Of a stretch of DNA of 64,000 bases, positions 1 through 9,346 are shown in pieces; the stretch's first letter is position 1; every line of letters starts with the position of its first letter. The position numbers and the translations under genes were made by a program. This stretch comes from a virus, in IMG/VR virus record IMGVR_UViG_3300037454_000146, positions 35,374-99,373 of that record. One strand, written 5' to 3'. The notes beneath the pieces were generated by a model, which did not search any database, was not told the DNA's origin, and saw only the letters and a program-made list of their open reading frames with translations.

Positions 1-225
1 ATAATAATATCTGCCGCCCATATAGTAGCCACTGTGTCCGTCCTCCGCCTCTATCATAGCGATAGTGGTCTTGAGAGACTTCATTGTGTGAGTGAGCTTA
101 TCAAGATACTCCAAATCGCCAGCACTCAGTTCTCCGCCAGAGCCATTAATCTTCTCGTTTGCATTTTCAAGTTCCTTTGAGACCGTCTCACAAAGGTCAT
201 ACAGGGTATCTAACTTCTTATCCAT
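1..225 (-). CDS. hypothetical protein, N-terminal 75 codons only (ORF runs off the left edge)
   Basis: ATG at 225 preceded by AAAGGTAGG. Frame is open to position 1 (MDKKLDTLYDLCETVSKELE...). Last visible gene of the leftward operon. Confidence 0.5.
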   Translation of the reverse strand, partial: MDKKLDTLYDLCETVSKELENANEKINGSGGELSAGDLEYLDKLTHTMKSLKTTIAMIEAEDGHSGYYMGGRYYY

Positions 226-239
226 ACTCTACCTACCTT

Positions 240-728
240 TCATCTAATTCTGCGAGTGCCAATATACTCAAAGATAATATTAGCGTTCATCACATTGATT
301 GGTTGTGTGCTTATATTGCGTACTGAAACACTCTGACAGCCACAAAGACTTGGTACTGCCACGATTATTGAAGCTCCAACATTATCACCTGATACATCTG
401 AAACCAGAGGTACGGTTACTGTCATAATGGAACTCGGATCAGTTTCACCACCTATAGCTATTGCAAGGCTGATAGGTTCAACTGTTCCTGCGGGTTCTTC
501 GGGCAAACTGATGTTGCCGTGGAACTCCACGTTGTAAAGTGTTTCATAAATACGCCTACAGCCACAACTGCAATTAGACTGAGGTGTATTGTTTGCGAGT
601 AAGAAGATTCCGCTTTCATCTCTATGGAATACAAGTCCCTCATTGCAAGGAACAGGGGACTCCGTAAAGATTACAGGTGCGGTAGCCTGTACTACTTGTG
701 TAGCGTTTGCGCTGTATTCTGCTGCCAT
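240..728 (-). CDS. hypothetical Cys-containing protein
   Basis: ORF 240..737. ATG at 728 with GGCGGTGA upstream; GTG at 737 is the alternative start. CSCGC and CGC motifs. No recognisable family. Confidence 0.5.
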   Translation of the reverse strand: MAAEYSANATQVVQATAPVIFTESPVPCNEGLVFHRDESGIFLLANNTPQSNCSCGCRRIYETLYNVEFHGNISLPEEPAGTVEPISLAIAIGGETDPSSIMTVTVPLVSDVSGDNVGASIIVAVPSLCGCQSVSVRNISTQPINVMNANIIFEYIGTRRIR

Positions 729-746
729 AGTTATCACCGCCCATCA

Positions 747-1637
747 TTAAAATGAGCCGTTGCAACCGCAAGCGTTAGTGCAGCAGTTAGGATTCTGCAC
801 CATATAAGCAGGGATAGCACGAGGAGCTACATACTGCTCTACCTCGTTAGCGAGATTTCTCTGACCAAGCTGGATAGCCGCCGTCTGAACGTCCTGTGAA
901 GCCTGTCCACGAGCGAACATAAGCTCTGAGCGAAGCTGTGCGATGATGTCATTCTTGCTCTCAATCTTGTCTGAGCAAAGCTGATCCTTGATGCTCTGAA
1001 TACCGCTATTAAAGGCTGTGAGAAGCGCATTAGTATTCTGAGCGTCGGCGGTTCTTGTTGCACATCCTTCCTGTGCGAGTGTGTACTTTACGTCAGCTGT
1101 AGCCGCACGATTCTCGCAACAGCAAGTAGCAAGCTGAGACTGAATAGCATTTAAGCCCTGAGAATTAGCAGTCTGAGCCGCATAACTTCTTTCAAGGTTT
1201 GCTATTTCGTTGCCATAGAGCTGCTGTGCAAGTGCGTTCTGTGCACCAAAGACTGAATTGTTCACGCCGTTAAAGCCGTTAGCAAGGTCGTACCTCATAT
1301 CGCCGCAGCACTGACAAAGCTGAGTGCTAAGTCCCTGTATGCCGTCACGAATAGAAGTCACATTGCTATTGAGCATCTGGTCACGGAATCCGTCGTTGAT
1401 GTTCTGGCTGTTGTTGAGCCACGGATAAAGACCAAAGCCGTCTGCCATACCCATTCCCATCATTGCGCCATAACCGCCGCCAAAGCCACCAAAGCCGAAG
1501 CCGCCGTTACAGAGTGCAATAAGGAACAGTATGCCAAGCCAACTGTCTCCGCCACCAAAGAGTCCGTTGCCACCGCCGTAACCACCAGTAGGAGATACGA
1601 GCATTGTTGTGTCCATTCCGTTTTCTGTAAGAGCCAT
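747..1637 (-). CDS. Gly-rich N-terminus plus one hydrophobic segment plus long Cys-rich helical region; function unknown
   Basis: Start taken at ATG 1637, preceded by GAAAGGAGGG. GGYGGGNGLFGGG...LGILFLIALCNGGFGFGGFGGGYG, then Q/A/N-rich helices with CC/CCC motifs, ending NPNCCTNACGCNGSF. Confidence 0.55.
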   Translation of the reverse strand: MALTENGMDTTMLVSPTGGYGGGNGLFGGGDSWLGILFLIALCNGGFGFGGFGGGYGAMMGMGMADGFGLYPWLNNSQNINDGFRDQMLNSNVTSIRDGIQGLSTQLCQCCGDMRYDLANGFNGVNNSVFGAQNALAQQLYGNEIANLERSYAAQTANSQGLNAIQSQLATCCCENRAATADVKYTLAQEGCATRTADAQNTNALLTAFNSGIQSIKDQLCSDKIESKNDIIAQLRSELMFARGQASQDVQTAAIQLGQRNLANEVEQYVAPRAIPAYMVQNPNCCTNACGCNGSF

Positions 1638-1787
1638 AAAGCCCTCCTTTCTCCCCATAACTTTTAGGGGTTGAGCGTTCACATCCGTATGTGTGAACGG
1701 GTTTTATATATCAAGGCGGAATTGCCTTAATACCATTAGAAAGGTAAAGACTATAACTCATTGTGAGCCATAGCTTTACACTATAAC

Positions 1788-1997
1788 TCACTTCCTACCA
1801 AGCATTGCGTTTACACGCCCTTGAAGCATTGGCGGGATTCTGCCGTTATCGGCTAAGTATTGTACAATTTGTTGTGGAGTTGTAAGCTCCTTTGGGATAT
1901 TCATTCCCGTAAGATATTGCATAGGGTTCTGCATAAACTGCTGATATAATGCGTTCATATCAGGCTGTTTCTGCACAAAAGGATTACCCATCACCAT
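1788..1997 (-). CDS. hypothetical protein (69 aa)
   Basis: ORF whose start overlaps the stop of the upstream gene (1984-1997). Same operon. Confidence 0.45.
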   Translation of the reverse strand: MVMGNPFVQKQPDMNALYQQFMQNPMQYLTGMNIPKELTTPQQIVQYLADNGRIPPMLQGRVNAMLGRK

Positions 1998-2394
1998 TCA
2001 ACTCCTTTACTATTTTCTGCATATCATCAATAATTGTTTTATAAGATTCAAACTCTGTCTTTGTCATATACTCCGACATATCTGGCACAACTGCGGTAGT
2101 TGTTTCTTGTTGCTGTTGCTCCTGTGGAGTGGTTCTTTTAACCATGTCGTATATTTCAAATACGGGCGGTTCAAGAATTGACATTCCAACAGATTTCTTA
2201 TAAAGGCAGCCTTCGTTTTCATTTATGAAGTTTGTTGTTGTATTAGGCGGAGTGTTCCACCTATACGCAACATCTTGTGAAGGCACATTTATAAAAGTTG
2301 TAATTTGCGATTGTTGCATTGGCGGACTCGTAGGATATTGTTGCCCGTAAGAATTATATCCGCCAGTAGGGAAGTAAGGAACTCCATAAGCCAT
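1984..2394 (-). CDS. hypothetical protein, Y/P/Q-rich N-terminus
   Basis: 136-aa ORF abutting the stop of 2395..2778. Low-complexity N-terminus (GGYNSYGQQYPTSPPMQQSQ). Confidence 0.5.
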   Translation of the reverse strand: MAYGVPYFPTGGYNSYGQQYPTSPPMQQSQITTFINVPSQDVAYRWNTPPNTTTNFINENEGCLYKKSVGMSILEPPVFEIYDMVKRTTPQEQQQQETTTAVVPDMSEYMTKTEFESYKTIIDDMQKIVKELNGDG

Positions 2395-2778
2395 TTACTC
2401 ACCTTCTTTCGTGTAATAATATATCGGCATTACATGACCGCTATCCCAAGCGTCATAATAATCACCATTAACTACCGCTACGGCGTGAGTACCAGTCGCC
2501 ACGATGTATTTGCCAGTCGGGTGATCGTTTGCAAAATCTACAAGTGAATAGCAGAACGGGCAGTCATTAGGACAGATATATCTCTTAAAACCCAAACTTC
2601 TAAGATACCAGTCCCACGATGCGTTTGTATTGCCCCAATCTCCTAAGTAAAATCCTTCGGCGCAAAGAGTAGTATAGATTTCGTCCCACGATATTCCTGT
2701 AACAATGTTAATAGCCCTTATCACGCAATCGCCAGCGTAGTAGTTCCCACGAGGGTTTTCATTAAAGTTTACATACAT
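2395..2778 (-). CDS. putative papain-fold cysteine peptidase-like protein (possible lysis or virion enzyme)
   Basis: 127 aa. Candidate Cys nucleophile in YAGDCVIRAI and candidate His/Asp in GTHAVAVVNGDYYDAWD. Assignment rests on motif spacing only. Confidence 0.35.
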   Translation of the reverse strand: MYVNFNENPRGNYYAGDCVIRAINIVTGISWDEIYTTLCAEGFYLGDWGNTNASWDWYLRSLGFKRYICPNDCPFCYSLVDFANDHPTGKYIVATGTHAVAVVNGDYYDAWDSGHVMPIYYYTKEGE

Positions 2779-2787
2779 AAGCCCTCT

Positions 2788-3306
2788 TTATGCCTTTCTT
2801 GCTTGCTCATCGTAAATAGTTGCCAAGTCCCAATCAATAGCATCTCTCACTCTGTAAAGTAGTTCTGCATCTCTCAGTTCTTTGTCAACGTCCTTAACGT
2901 ATTGCAAAACAAAGTCTGCGGCGGCTATCTCTGACATATCCACAAGGTTGCGATAGGAGTCCTCGTATATTACTTTGCTTTTCTTTTCCCACTCAATCCA
3001 CTCTTTAAGGGCGTACTGAATGAGATGAATTTTGTCATCTGGCGATAGCTTATCGTTTGGACGTTCTAATATGTCCAGATTCAATATATCCACTTGCGGT
3101 GGATTATCTGACGTTATCAGTATGTGATGATGTTGCGCGGCATACTTCTCTAACTTCAAAAGACCATCAGATTCGTCGTGAAGTTGCTTCTTCTGCCGTT
3201 TAGCATCGGCTTCGAGGTCTATGAAGTTGAACAGTTCCGTGAGCTGAGTGTGGATCATCATAGCCCCAACCATGCGGTTTGATAACTTCTTGAATATTTC
3301 GTGCAT
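2788..3306 (-). CDS. hypothetical helical protein
   Basis: ATG 3306 preceded by AAAGGAGGTG. The ORF track gives 2788..3324. Confidence 0.55.
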   Translation of the reverse strand: MHEIFKKLSNRMVGAMMIHTQLTELFNFIDLEADAKRQKKQLHDESDGLLKLEKYAAQHHHILITSDNPPQVDILNLDILERPNDKLSPDDKIHLIQYALKEWIEWEKKSKVIYEDSYRNLVDMSEIAAADFVLQYVKDVDKELRDAELLYRVRDAIDWDLATIYDEQARKA

Positions 3307-3417
3307 TGGCGCACCTCCTTTCATAGTAAAGGCGCAACCAAACTAATGATTGCGCCCATTTGCTTAAAAACGACAGCCACTTTTTGGCTATATACCGTTG
3401 TTTTAAATCCGATGAAA

Positions 3418-3504
3418 TTACCTTTTCTTATAATACAAATAGCCTACGGCTCTACCACCAATTCCCGCTATTAATAATCCTACTAAAAATTTAATTATTT
3501 CCAT
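3418..3504 (-). CDS. 28-aa single-pass membrane peptide (MEIIKFLVGLLIAGIGGRAVGYLYYKKR)
   Basis: Below the ORF-track cutoff and read by hand. ATG 3504, TAA 3420-3418, AAAGGTGA upstream. Hydrophobic core with a basic tail. Sits just downstream of the tail fibre gene. Confidence 0.4.
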   Translation of the reverse strand: MEIIKFLVGLLIAGIGGRAVGYLYYKKR

Positions 3505-3532
3505 ATCAAATCACCTTTTTATTGCAATACGA

Positions 3533-4579
3533 TTATACTATATATGCCCCTGTTTTCTTTACTATTGCAATATCGTTAAAGCTATAAGCCCCGTTTCCCT
3601 GTATACAATTAAGTATATTAATTTTGAAGATATAGTCGCCATTACTTAAAGCAGATACAGGCAGGGCTACTTTGAAATCTGCCGCCGAACCATTATGACC
3701 GAAAACAAGAGTATTATAATCAGATGATTTCGTGAATGTAAGGTAATATACGCCGTTATTTGTCATAATTATATTATCTGTAAGATACCGCACTAATGTA
3801 TTGCCATTAAACGCCGACATTTGAAATCTCAGATTTGTTTGAGTGTCGGTCGTGGTTTGAGTGATTATACCAGTTGATGTGTCGATAGTTGCATTAGCCT
3901 TTACACTCAAATTAGATACATTATAATTATTAGTCGCAAATGGCATAATAAGGCTTAATAAAATATTGTTTTTATTTGTTTCGATTTGCTCCACGTCCGC
4001 AGATGTAATACCGCTGTTCACTGCTGCAAGCTGTGCTGTGGTGAGTGTTGCCTGCTTGCCGTCGAGCGCTGACTTAACAACCTTGTTCTGTACAGGGTTT
4101 GTGGATGTTCCGTTGAGAGCAGAATCGACTGTTGTCTTGTTAGCCTGTACCTCTATACCAGCGAGTTTCGATTTCTCATCGTTAGTATAGTCATTCGTTG
4201 ACAGTCCCTTGCCTGTTTCGGGCTGTACTGCTGTTGCACCAAGAGCCGCACCGCTTCTGATTGTCGCAAGGTCTGAAATCGTATTCTGTTTTGAACCGAG
4301 AGCTGTGTCAACTTCTGTTTTTGTATAAGTTGTTGACTTATCAGCTTTATCATCGAGAGCAGTCTCAACGTCACCAAAGCTATCAAGTGTTTCTCCGTCC
4401 TTAATAGCCGCGATATCAGCTCTTGCAACAGTATCTTCGGAACTTACCTCACCAGATGCGTTGATTGTCTGTGTTCCGTCAGGATTATCTACTATCTGAA
4501 TGTTTGAACCGCCTTTAAAGTGGGAGTTTACATATTCCGCAGAACCGTTAAGAGCCGCGCCTAATGTTACTATATCCAT
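3533..4579 (-). CDS. tail fibre protein
   Basis: Repeated fibre-type motifs (KTEVDTALGSKQ, GKGLSTNDYTNDEKSKLAGIE, TVDSALNGTS, VVKSALDGKQ) followed by a C-terminal globular domain. Lies at the end of the tail module. Confidence 0.75.
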   Translation of the reverse strand: MDIVTLGAALNGSAEYVNSHFKGGSNIQIVDNPDGTQTINASGEVSSEDTVARADIAAIKDGETLDSFGDVETALDDKADKSTTYTKTEVDTALGSKQNTISDLATIRSGAALGATAVQPETGKGLSTNDYTNDEKSKLAGIEVQANKTTVDSALNGTSTNPVQNKVVKSALDGKQATLTTAQLAAVNSGITSADVEQIETNKNNILLSLIMPFATNNYNVSNLSVKANATIDTSTGIITQTTTDTQTNLRFQMSAFNGNTLVRYLTDNIIMTNNGVYYLTFTKSSDYNTLVFGHNGSAADFKVALPVSALSNGDYIFKINILNCIQGNGAYSFNDIAIVKKTGAYIV

Positions 4580-4595
4580 ATATTAAAACACCTCC

Positions 4596-4901
4596 TCACG
4601 CAAGAATAGTCGCCCATACATTAGTAAAACCGCTTGCACTATCAAGCGAGATTGTGTGCAGACCACTTGCGTCGGCGGCGTAAATTTCATTATCAGTTAT
4701 AGTGTCTACAACTGCAAAGTCCTTTAATCTAACCAGAGAAAGAACCTTATAATCGCCATTAGCGGTCAGCTTGCCAACCACCTTGCAAGAGCCTGTGCCT
4801 GAAGCCTTAATTCTGATGTCTGAACCAGTTGAAACTTTCATTTCATTTACGACACCATTTGCGTATAAGTCTCCATTAATAACAGAATATCTGTTTGCCA
4901 T
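4596..4901 (-). CDS. hypothetical tail-module protein
   Basis: 101-aa ORF between baseplate and fibre genes. Confidence 0.45.
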   Translation of the reverse strand: MANRYSVINGDLYANGVVNEMKVSTGSDIRIKASGTGSCKVVGKLTANGDYKVLSLVRLKDFAVVDTITDNEIYAADASGLHTISLDSASGFTNVWATILA

Positions 4902-4920
4902 AACTCATCACTTTCCTTTC

Positions 4921-5532
4921 TTACGCGGGCAGTAAGCAGAACACTTGTCCTACAAGCGTGTCGCCTTGCCCTATTGCATTGTGTAAAATAAAAGATAACT
5001 TGCCCGTGTGGAGTGTGTTGTCCTCAAACTTTGCCTCTATGTCATAGACGGCGCTGTCCGACAAATTGCGGAGCACACCGTAATAACTCCCCGAAATTGC
5101 CCCCACAGAGAACGGGTAAACATTTGCCACTGTTGCGATAGCGGTGTCAGCCGAAATTGCCGATTCCGCCGTTATTTGAAACGCCGCGAGAACAGCATTA
5201 TCGGTCATGCGAATTTGAATCACTGACGAATCCGCCAAATCCTCGCTTGCGGTAAACTCTAAGTCCGCGCTATGTTTGCTTTGCGCCGCCACAACATAAG
5301 ACGTAGAGTTGCTGATGTACCCGCGATACGCGAGCTTCACCTCGTCGCCGACCTCAATCAGCGAGCCACTCAGATTCTTTACAGTGAAAATACGTTTATC
5401 CGAAATCATCTCCACGCGCACGTAGTTGTTAGCCTGTAAAGCCAAAACCTTGCACGGCGCGATAGAGATAAAATCGGCATCGAGGAGGGCGGCTTGCACG
5501 CGCTCGTCAATGAGTTTTACTATCGTGTTCAT
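4921..5532 (-). CDS. hypothetical tail/baseplate protein
   Basis: 203-aa ORF overlapping the stop of 5529..7352 by 4 nt. Confidence 0.5.
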   Translation of the reverse strand: MNTIVKLIDERVQAALLDADFISIAPCKVLALQANNYVRVEMISDKRIFTVKNLSGSLIEVGDEVKLAYRGYISNSTSYVVAAQSKHSADLEFTASEDLADSSVIQIRMTDNAVLAAFQITAESAISADTAIATVANVYPFSVGAISGSYYGVLRNLSDSAVYDIEAKFEDNTLHTGKLSFILHNAIGQGDTLVGQVFCLLPA

Positions 5533-7352
5533 ATGCCACCTCCCTCAATTCCTGTATTGTCGGGCAACCATGATGTTTGGGTTGCGTTTACTGTCATTGC
5601 CTCTGCGCTCAAAGGCATTGTAATACTATTCACCACGAAAGTCGCGTGGTCAAGATTATACCTTTTGTCTGTTATGCCAATTGTGCGATTTACGTCCAAG
5701 TGCGGGATTATCGGGCAAGAGAACGTGATTGACATTCCTTGCATTGCTTCCTTCATAAGCAGATAGTCCGCGTATGCCTTGCACCGCGCTTGCATTTCGG
5801 ATTGTGGTACGTTCACGTATGGGATTTCAACGTCTGCCATGCGACGTATGCCCGCGCCATCAAGTCGCAAAGGTGACGCGGGATTATTGTTTGCCGCCGT
5901 GTACGACACGTTTTCGAGGTCGCTCTCGTTTGTGTAGACCGTAACGACGTTATAGCCATCGAGGTTAAAGTCCACGCTCGCGTTGCTGTACATATCGTCC
6001 TCATCTGAGAAGTCCCACTGGTGCGCCATAAAGCGGTAGCCGTCTATGCGGCTTTCGTCCGCCATTACCTGAAAGCAGAAGTGTCCGTTGGTATTGTAGT
6101 ACGCGTCCGCGCCGTAACCGTCAGCGATAGAGCTGAAAAGCGTCGAGATGTAGTCGTTGCTGTTTATGGTGATTTCGTTCTGCGTGCGGATTCCGTCAAA
6201 CTTTGTGCTTATTATGGGCGTTATTGGGTCTACGGGATATGCTGACGCGCCCGTCCTATGATTCAGATACGGGGAACTAAATTCGTTCCACATCAATGTG
6301 TCTTTAATAACGTTGGTCAACGTCGTGCCAGCCTCTACGATACAAGAGGTATCCAACATTCCCGTCTTAATCGTGCCGTCCAAAGCGCCGCCTTTGTCCA
6401 CGCCTTGTATGCTTACCGTATCGCCGTCACACGTCGCCTTTTGTGTGTAGAACACGCCATAGCTCCACCAGTATGTTTTTTTGCCAACCTCTATGCCAAG
6501 CCACAATTTGAACTTGCGATTAAACCATATCGCGCTATCTTGCGACGGCAGATACTTCTTTTCCACGTTAATGAGATTCAGCGAGCATGAGCGTCGTGTG
6601 ATTTGTTCATTGTTTATTGTAACTTGCCCCGATGAGCCAAGAGATACGTCGCGGGTAATTTCACCAATGACGTTCTCGTAATAGCCGAGGAGTTCTACGC
6701 GAATCTTATAGCGGCGATGTTTTTGCCGTAAGGCATAGAGATATTCCGCATTGTACTCGTCGTAAAATTCGAGCGGGTCAACGGTCGGCGCGGGCGGAGG
6801 AGGAGGGGTATATTCTATATTGGGTTGCAACAAGTTGAAGGGATATCCGTTGTTCCACTCTTGACTTATTCGCCATAGCTGTGCAGGATACGGTGCTGTC
6901 ATTGCAGGCTCGATGATGTCAGGCGCGTCAATCGGCACAGGATAGCCGTTTTCACCTATCTCAAAGGCTATTCCATCATCATACGTTACCTTACAACCTG
7001 TTATTTCGGAAGGCGTAATATTTGATGTGTCTGAATATTTTAAACACATTTTGAAATACATCGTGGTTTGATATGATGATAAATCAAATGTGTACGGTGA
7101 ATTATACCAACCTATATCACAAGTATTTGGCGGAGATGTTGTTACATAGCCAACAAGGTCAACTTGAATAGTTTTCCCTGTCGATACTGTCGCACTGGCT
7201 GTGAGTTTTCTTCCGACAAAAGTCGCGGGGAGTTGTATATAATTAATAGAGCGGACACGAGTTGAAGATTCTGTTGGTATGCCGCTTGCGAGCGTTCCCT
7301 GTTCTATCCCATATGATAGCACATCAATAGTTCTTATCGCCACGTTACTCAA
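5529..7352 (-). CDS. tail-associated (Tal/prophage-tail-type) baseplate protein
   Basis: 607 aa, downstream of the tape measure and distal tail genes. Has a PPPPPAP linker. Assignment is by position and size. Confidence 0.5.
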   Translation of the reverse strand: MSNVAIRTIDVLSYGIEQGTLASGIPTESSTRVRSINYIQLPATFVGRKLTASATVSTGKTIQVDLVGYVTTSPPNTCDIGWYNSPYTFDLSSYQTTMYFKMCLKYSDTSNITPSEITGCKVTYDDGIAFEIGENGYPVPIDAPDIIEPAMTAPYPAQLWRISQEWNNGYPFNLLQPNIEYTPPPPPAPTVDPLEFYDEYNAEYLYALRQKHRRYKIRVELLGYYENVIGEITRDVSLGSSGQVTINNEQITRRSCSLNLINVEKKYLPSQDSAIWFNRKFKLWLGIEVGKKTYWWSYGVFYTQKATCDGDTVSIQGVDKGGALDGTIKTGMLDTSCIVEAGTTLTNVIKDTLMWNEFSSPYLNHRTGASAYPVDPITPIISTKFDGIRTQNEITINSNDYISTLFSSIADGYGADAYYNTNGHFCFQVMADESRIDGYRFMAHQWDFSDEDDMYSNASVDFNLDGYNVVTVYTNESDLENVSYTAANNNPASPLRLDGAGIRRMADVEIPYVNVPQSEMQARCKAYADYLLMKEAMQGMSITFSCPIIPHLDVNRTIGITDKRYNLDHATFVVNSITMPLSAEAMTVNATQTSWLPDNTGIEGGGI

Positions 7353-8193
7353 CTCCTATCGGAAAGCCGACAGTATCGTGAAGATATTGTGCGTCCTTCA
7401 TCTGTGCGGTTGTAAGGCTATATACAACACCCGCGATTGTGGTTACAGGCAAGGCATTCTCAACGATATTCTTGCCCGAAGCGGTTGTGTAGCCCACTCC
7501 GCTTCCCTTGCCGATAACACAGCAGTTGTTGATGTTGTTGCCGAGATTAACTGCGATGTTTGCATTTTCTGCGGTGATATCGAACAATGTATTATCCCAT
7601 GACCAATCCGTAAGTGCGACTTGCGGTGAGCAATTCAAGTATTTCACCCTTATATTACCATAATAAATAGTATTCTTATCATTATTCCCACTATACCGAT
7701 TAACTAAGATTTTGCAGTTTCCCGTGCTTGTTTCGATATTTGCCGCAATTTTCTGCACATCAGCATTAATTCGCGGTGAATTCTGATACGCGGCTCGAAT
7801 CAATGCCGCATTGTCAACGCGACCCGAAAAGCCAACATTTTTAACAATGTCTGCACCATTATTGGGGTTAATATCTATGGCATATCCGCCAGTCAGATAT
7901 AGGTTTGTGAAGGAAATGTTTTTTATCCACCGTTCCACTTGTTGACCCGAGGGTGTCGCAAGGGTAATTGCCGCGCTATCCGTTCCCGAATGGCAGAGGT
8001 TGTTTATCGCATACCCTTTGCCATCAAGTGTGTGTGTGTTTGTGGTTGATACTGTTACATTTCCCTCGGGAGCTTCAATATCATTCGCAAGCTCAATATA
8101 GTTTTCTGACACTCCGTCGAATGCCTCTAACAGCTCACTCCAATCATGGACGATGTAGGGGTCTGAGCTTGTTCCGCTTCCGCCTAATGCCAT
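7345..8193 (-). CDS. beta-helix-type tail spike/receptor-binding protein (paralogue of 8207..9334)
   Basis: N-terminus GGSGTSSDPYIVHDWSELLEAF followed by N/G-rich repeats typical of right-handed beta-helix proteins. Confidence 0.45.
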   Translation of the reverse strand: MALGGSGTSSDPYIVHDWSELLEAFDGVSENYIELANDIEAPEGNVTVSTTNTHTLDGKGYAINNLCHSGTDSAAITLATPSGQQVERWIKNISFTNLYLTGGYAIDINPNNGADIVKNVGFSGRVDNAALIRAAYQNSPRINADVQKIAANIETSTGNCKILVNRYSGNNDKNTIYYGNIRVKYLNCSPQVALTDWSWDNTLFDITAENANIAVNLGNNINNCCVIGKGSGVGYTTASGKNIVENALPVTTIAGVVYSLTTAQMKDAQYLHDTVGFPIGVE

Positions 8194-8206
8194 ATAATCC
8201 CTCCTT

Positions 8207-9334
8207 TCATTCTATTAGCGTGCCGCCTGTGATTAACATACCAGACTTAAATGACGTACTGTAATAAGTACAACTTGTCGGCAACGTAGCTCTATCAAGT
8301 TGATTTATTGAAAAAGAGTATCGCCCAATTGAATTTGTGGTCATGGGGAATATGCAATCCTCGTCGCCGATTTCTCTAAGTTGAACATTGCCATTAAAAG
8401 CACCAAGACGATTTATCGTTATCCAATCAGATTGCCATAATTCATTCGCGTCAAACTCCCACGGGCTGTCACCGCCAGTTGTGAAACCAGCATTATTCAA
8501 AGCCGTTTCGTCAGCCAGCGTTGCTGAATCAAGCCCTGTCCAACTGGTTGTACCGACAGTAAATGTCATTTTGTCTGAATTATAAAACGCCGCCGCATCG
8601 GGGACGGGTTGGTCAGGATAACTATCCCATCTCGCAGTAGGTGTGTCCGCCTTTAAATCAATCAGTGAATCGGGATAAGTTGTATCGCCAACCTGTTTTA
8701 CGGTGTCGTAAATCGAAAGCCACGTTGAGCATTTTGCAATACCCTTAATGGTACTCGCGTTAAGGTCAATTCTGTCAAGCTGTCCACATTGGCAATCCCA
8801 ATCAAGATATATTTCGCAATTGTTGAGCCGCACATGATTTGCTTGTCCGCCCCCTAAGAAATACACAAATCGAGATTTACCCTTAAACTCCATTTGGCAA
8901 TTGGTTAGCGTAAAATTCTGCAAATACGCCTTAGATAGCATATACACGTCAGCGGTAGAACCACCCTTAAACTGACAAGTTACACGCAAATTCTCCGCGT
9001 CATTTTCGAGCTCAATGATTGAAAGAACCTCGTTCACAAATAATCCGTCGATATAAAGCCCCTCGACCGTCCCCTTGAAGTTTATAGCCTTGGTACTAAA
9101 CTTATTGCCGAAAATTACCAAATGCCTCCAATGTGCGTCGTTGCCTATAATGTTAGGGTAAATAACCAATCCCGTATTCGTCGTAAAACCTTGCGGGTAA
9201 ACGTGCCCGAAATTGATAGTGGTACGATTTGCAAATTTCACGTAACTGCCAATATTATCGACGACATTATACTCCGAAAATTCGTCCCAATTATTAACAA
9301 CCCAAGGGTCAACTTGTGTTCCGCTTCCAGCCAT
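8207..9334 (-). CDS. beta-helix-type tail spike/receptor-binding protein
   Basis: N-terminus MAGSGTQVDPWVVNNWDEFSEY parallels that of 7345..8193. Confidence 0.45.
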   Translation of the reverse strand: MAGSGTQVDPWVVNNWDEFSEYNVVDNIGSYVKFANRTTINFGHVYPQGFTTNTGLVIYPNIIGNDAHWRHLVIFGNKFSTKAINFKGTVEGLYIDGLFVNEVLSIIELENDAENLRVTCQFKGGSTADVYMLSKAYLQNFTLTNCQMEFKGKSRFVYFLGGGQANHVRLNNCEIYLDWDCQCGQLDRIDLNASTIKGIAKCSTWLSIYDTVKQVGDTTYPDSLIDLKADTPTARWDSYPDQPVPDAAAFYNSDKMTFTVGTTSWTGLDSATLADETALNNAGFTTGGDSPWEFDANELWQSDWITINRLGAFNGNVQLREIGDEDCIFPMTTNSIGRYSFSINQLDRATLPTSCTYYSTSFKSGMLITGGTLIE

Positions 9335-9346
9335 AACATCGCCTCC

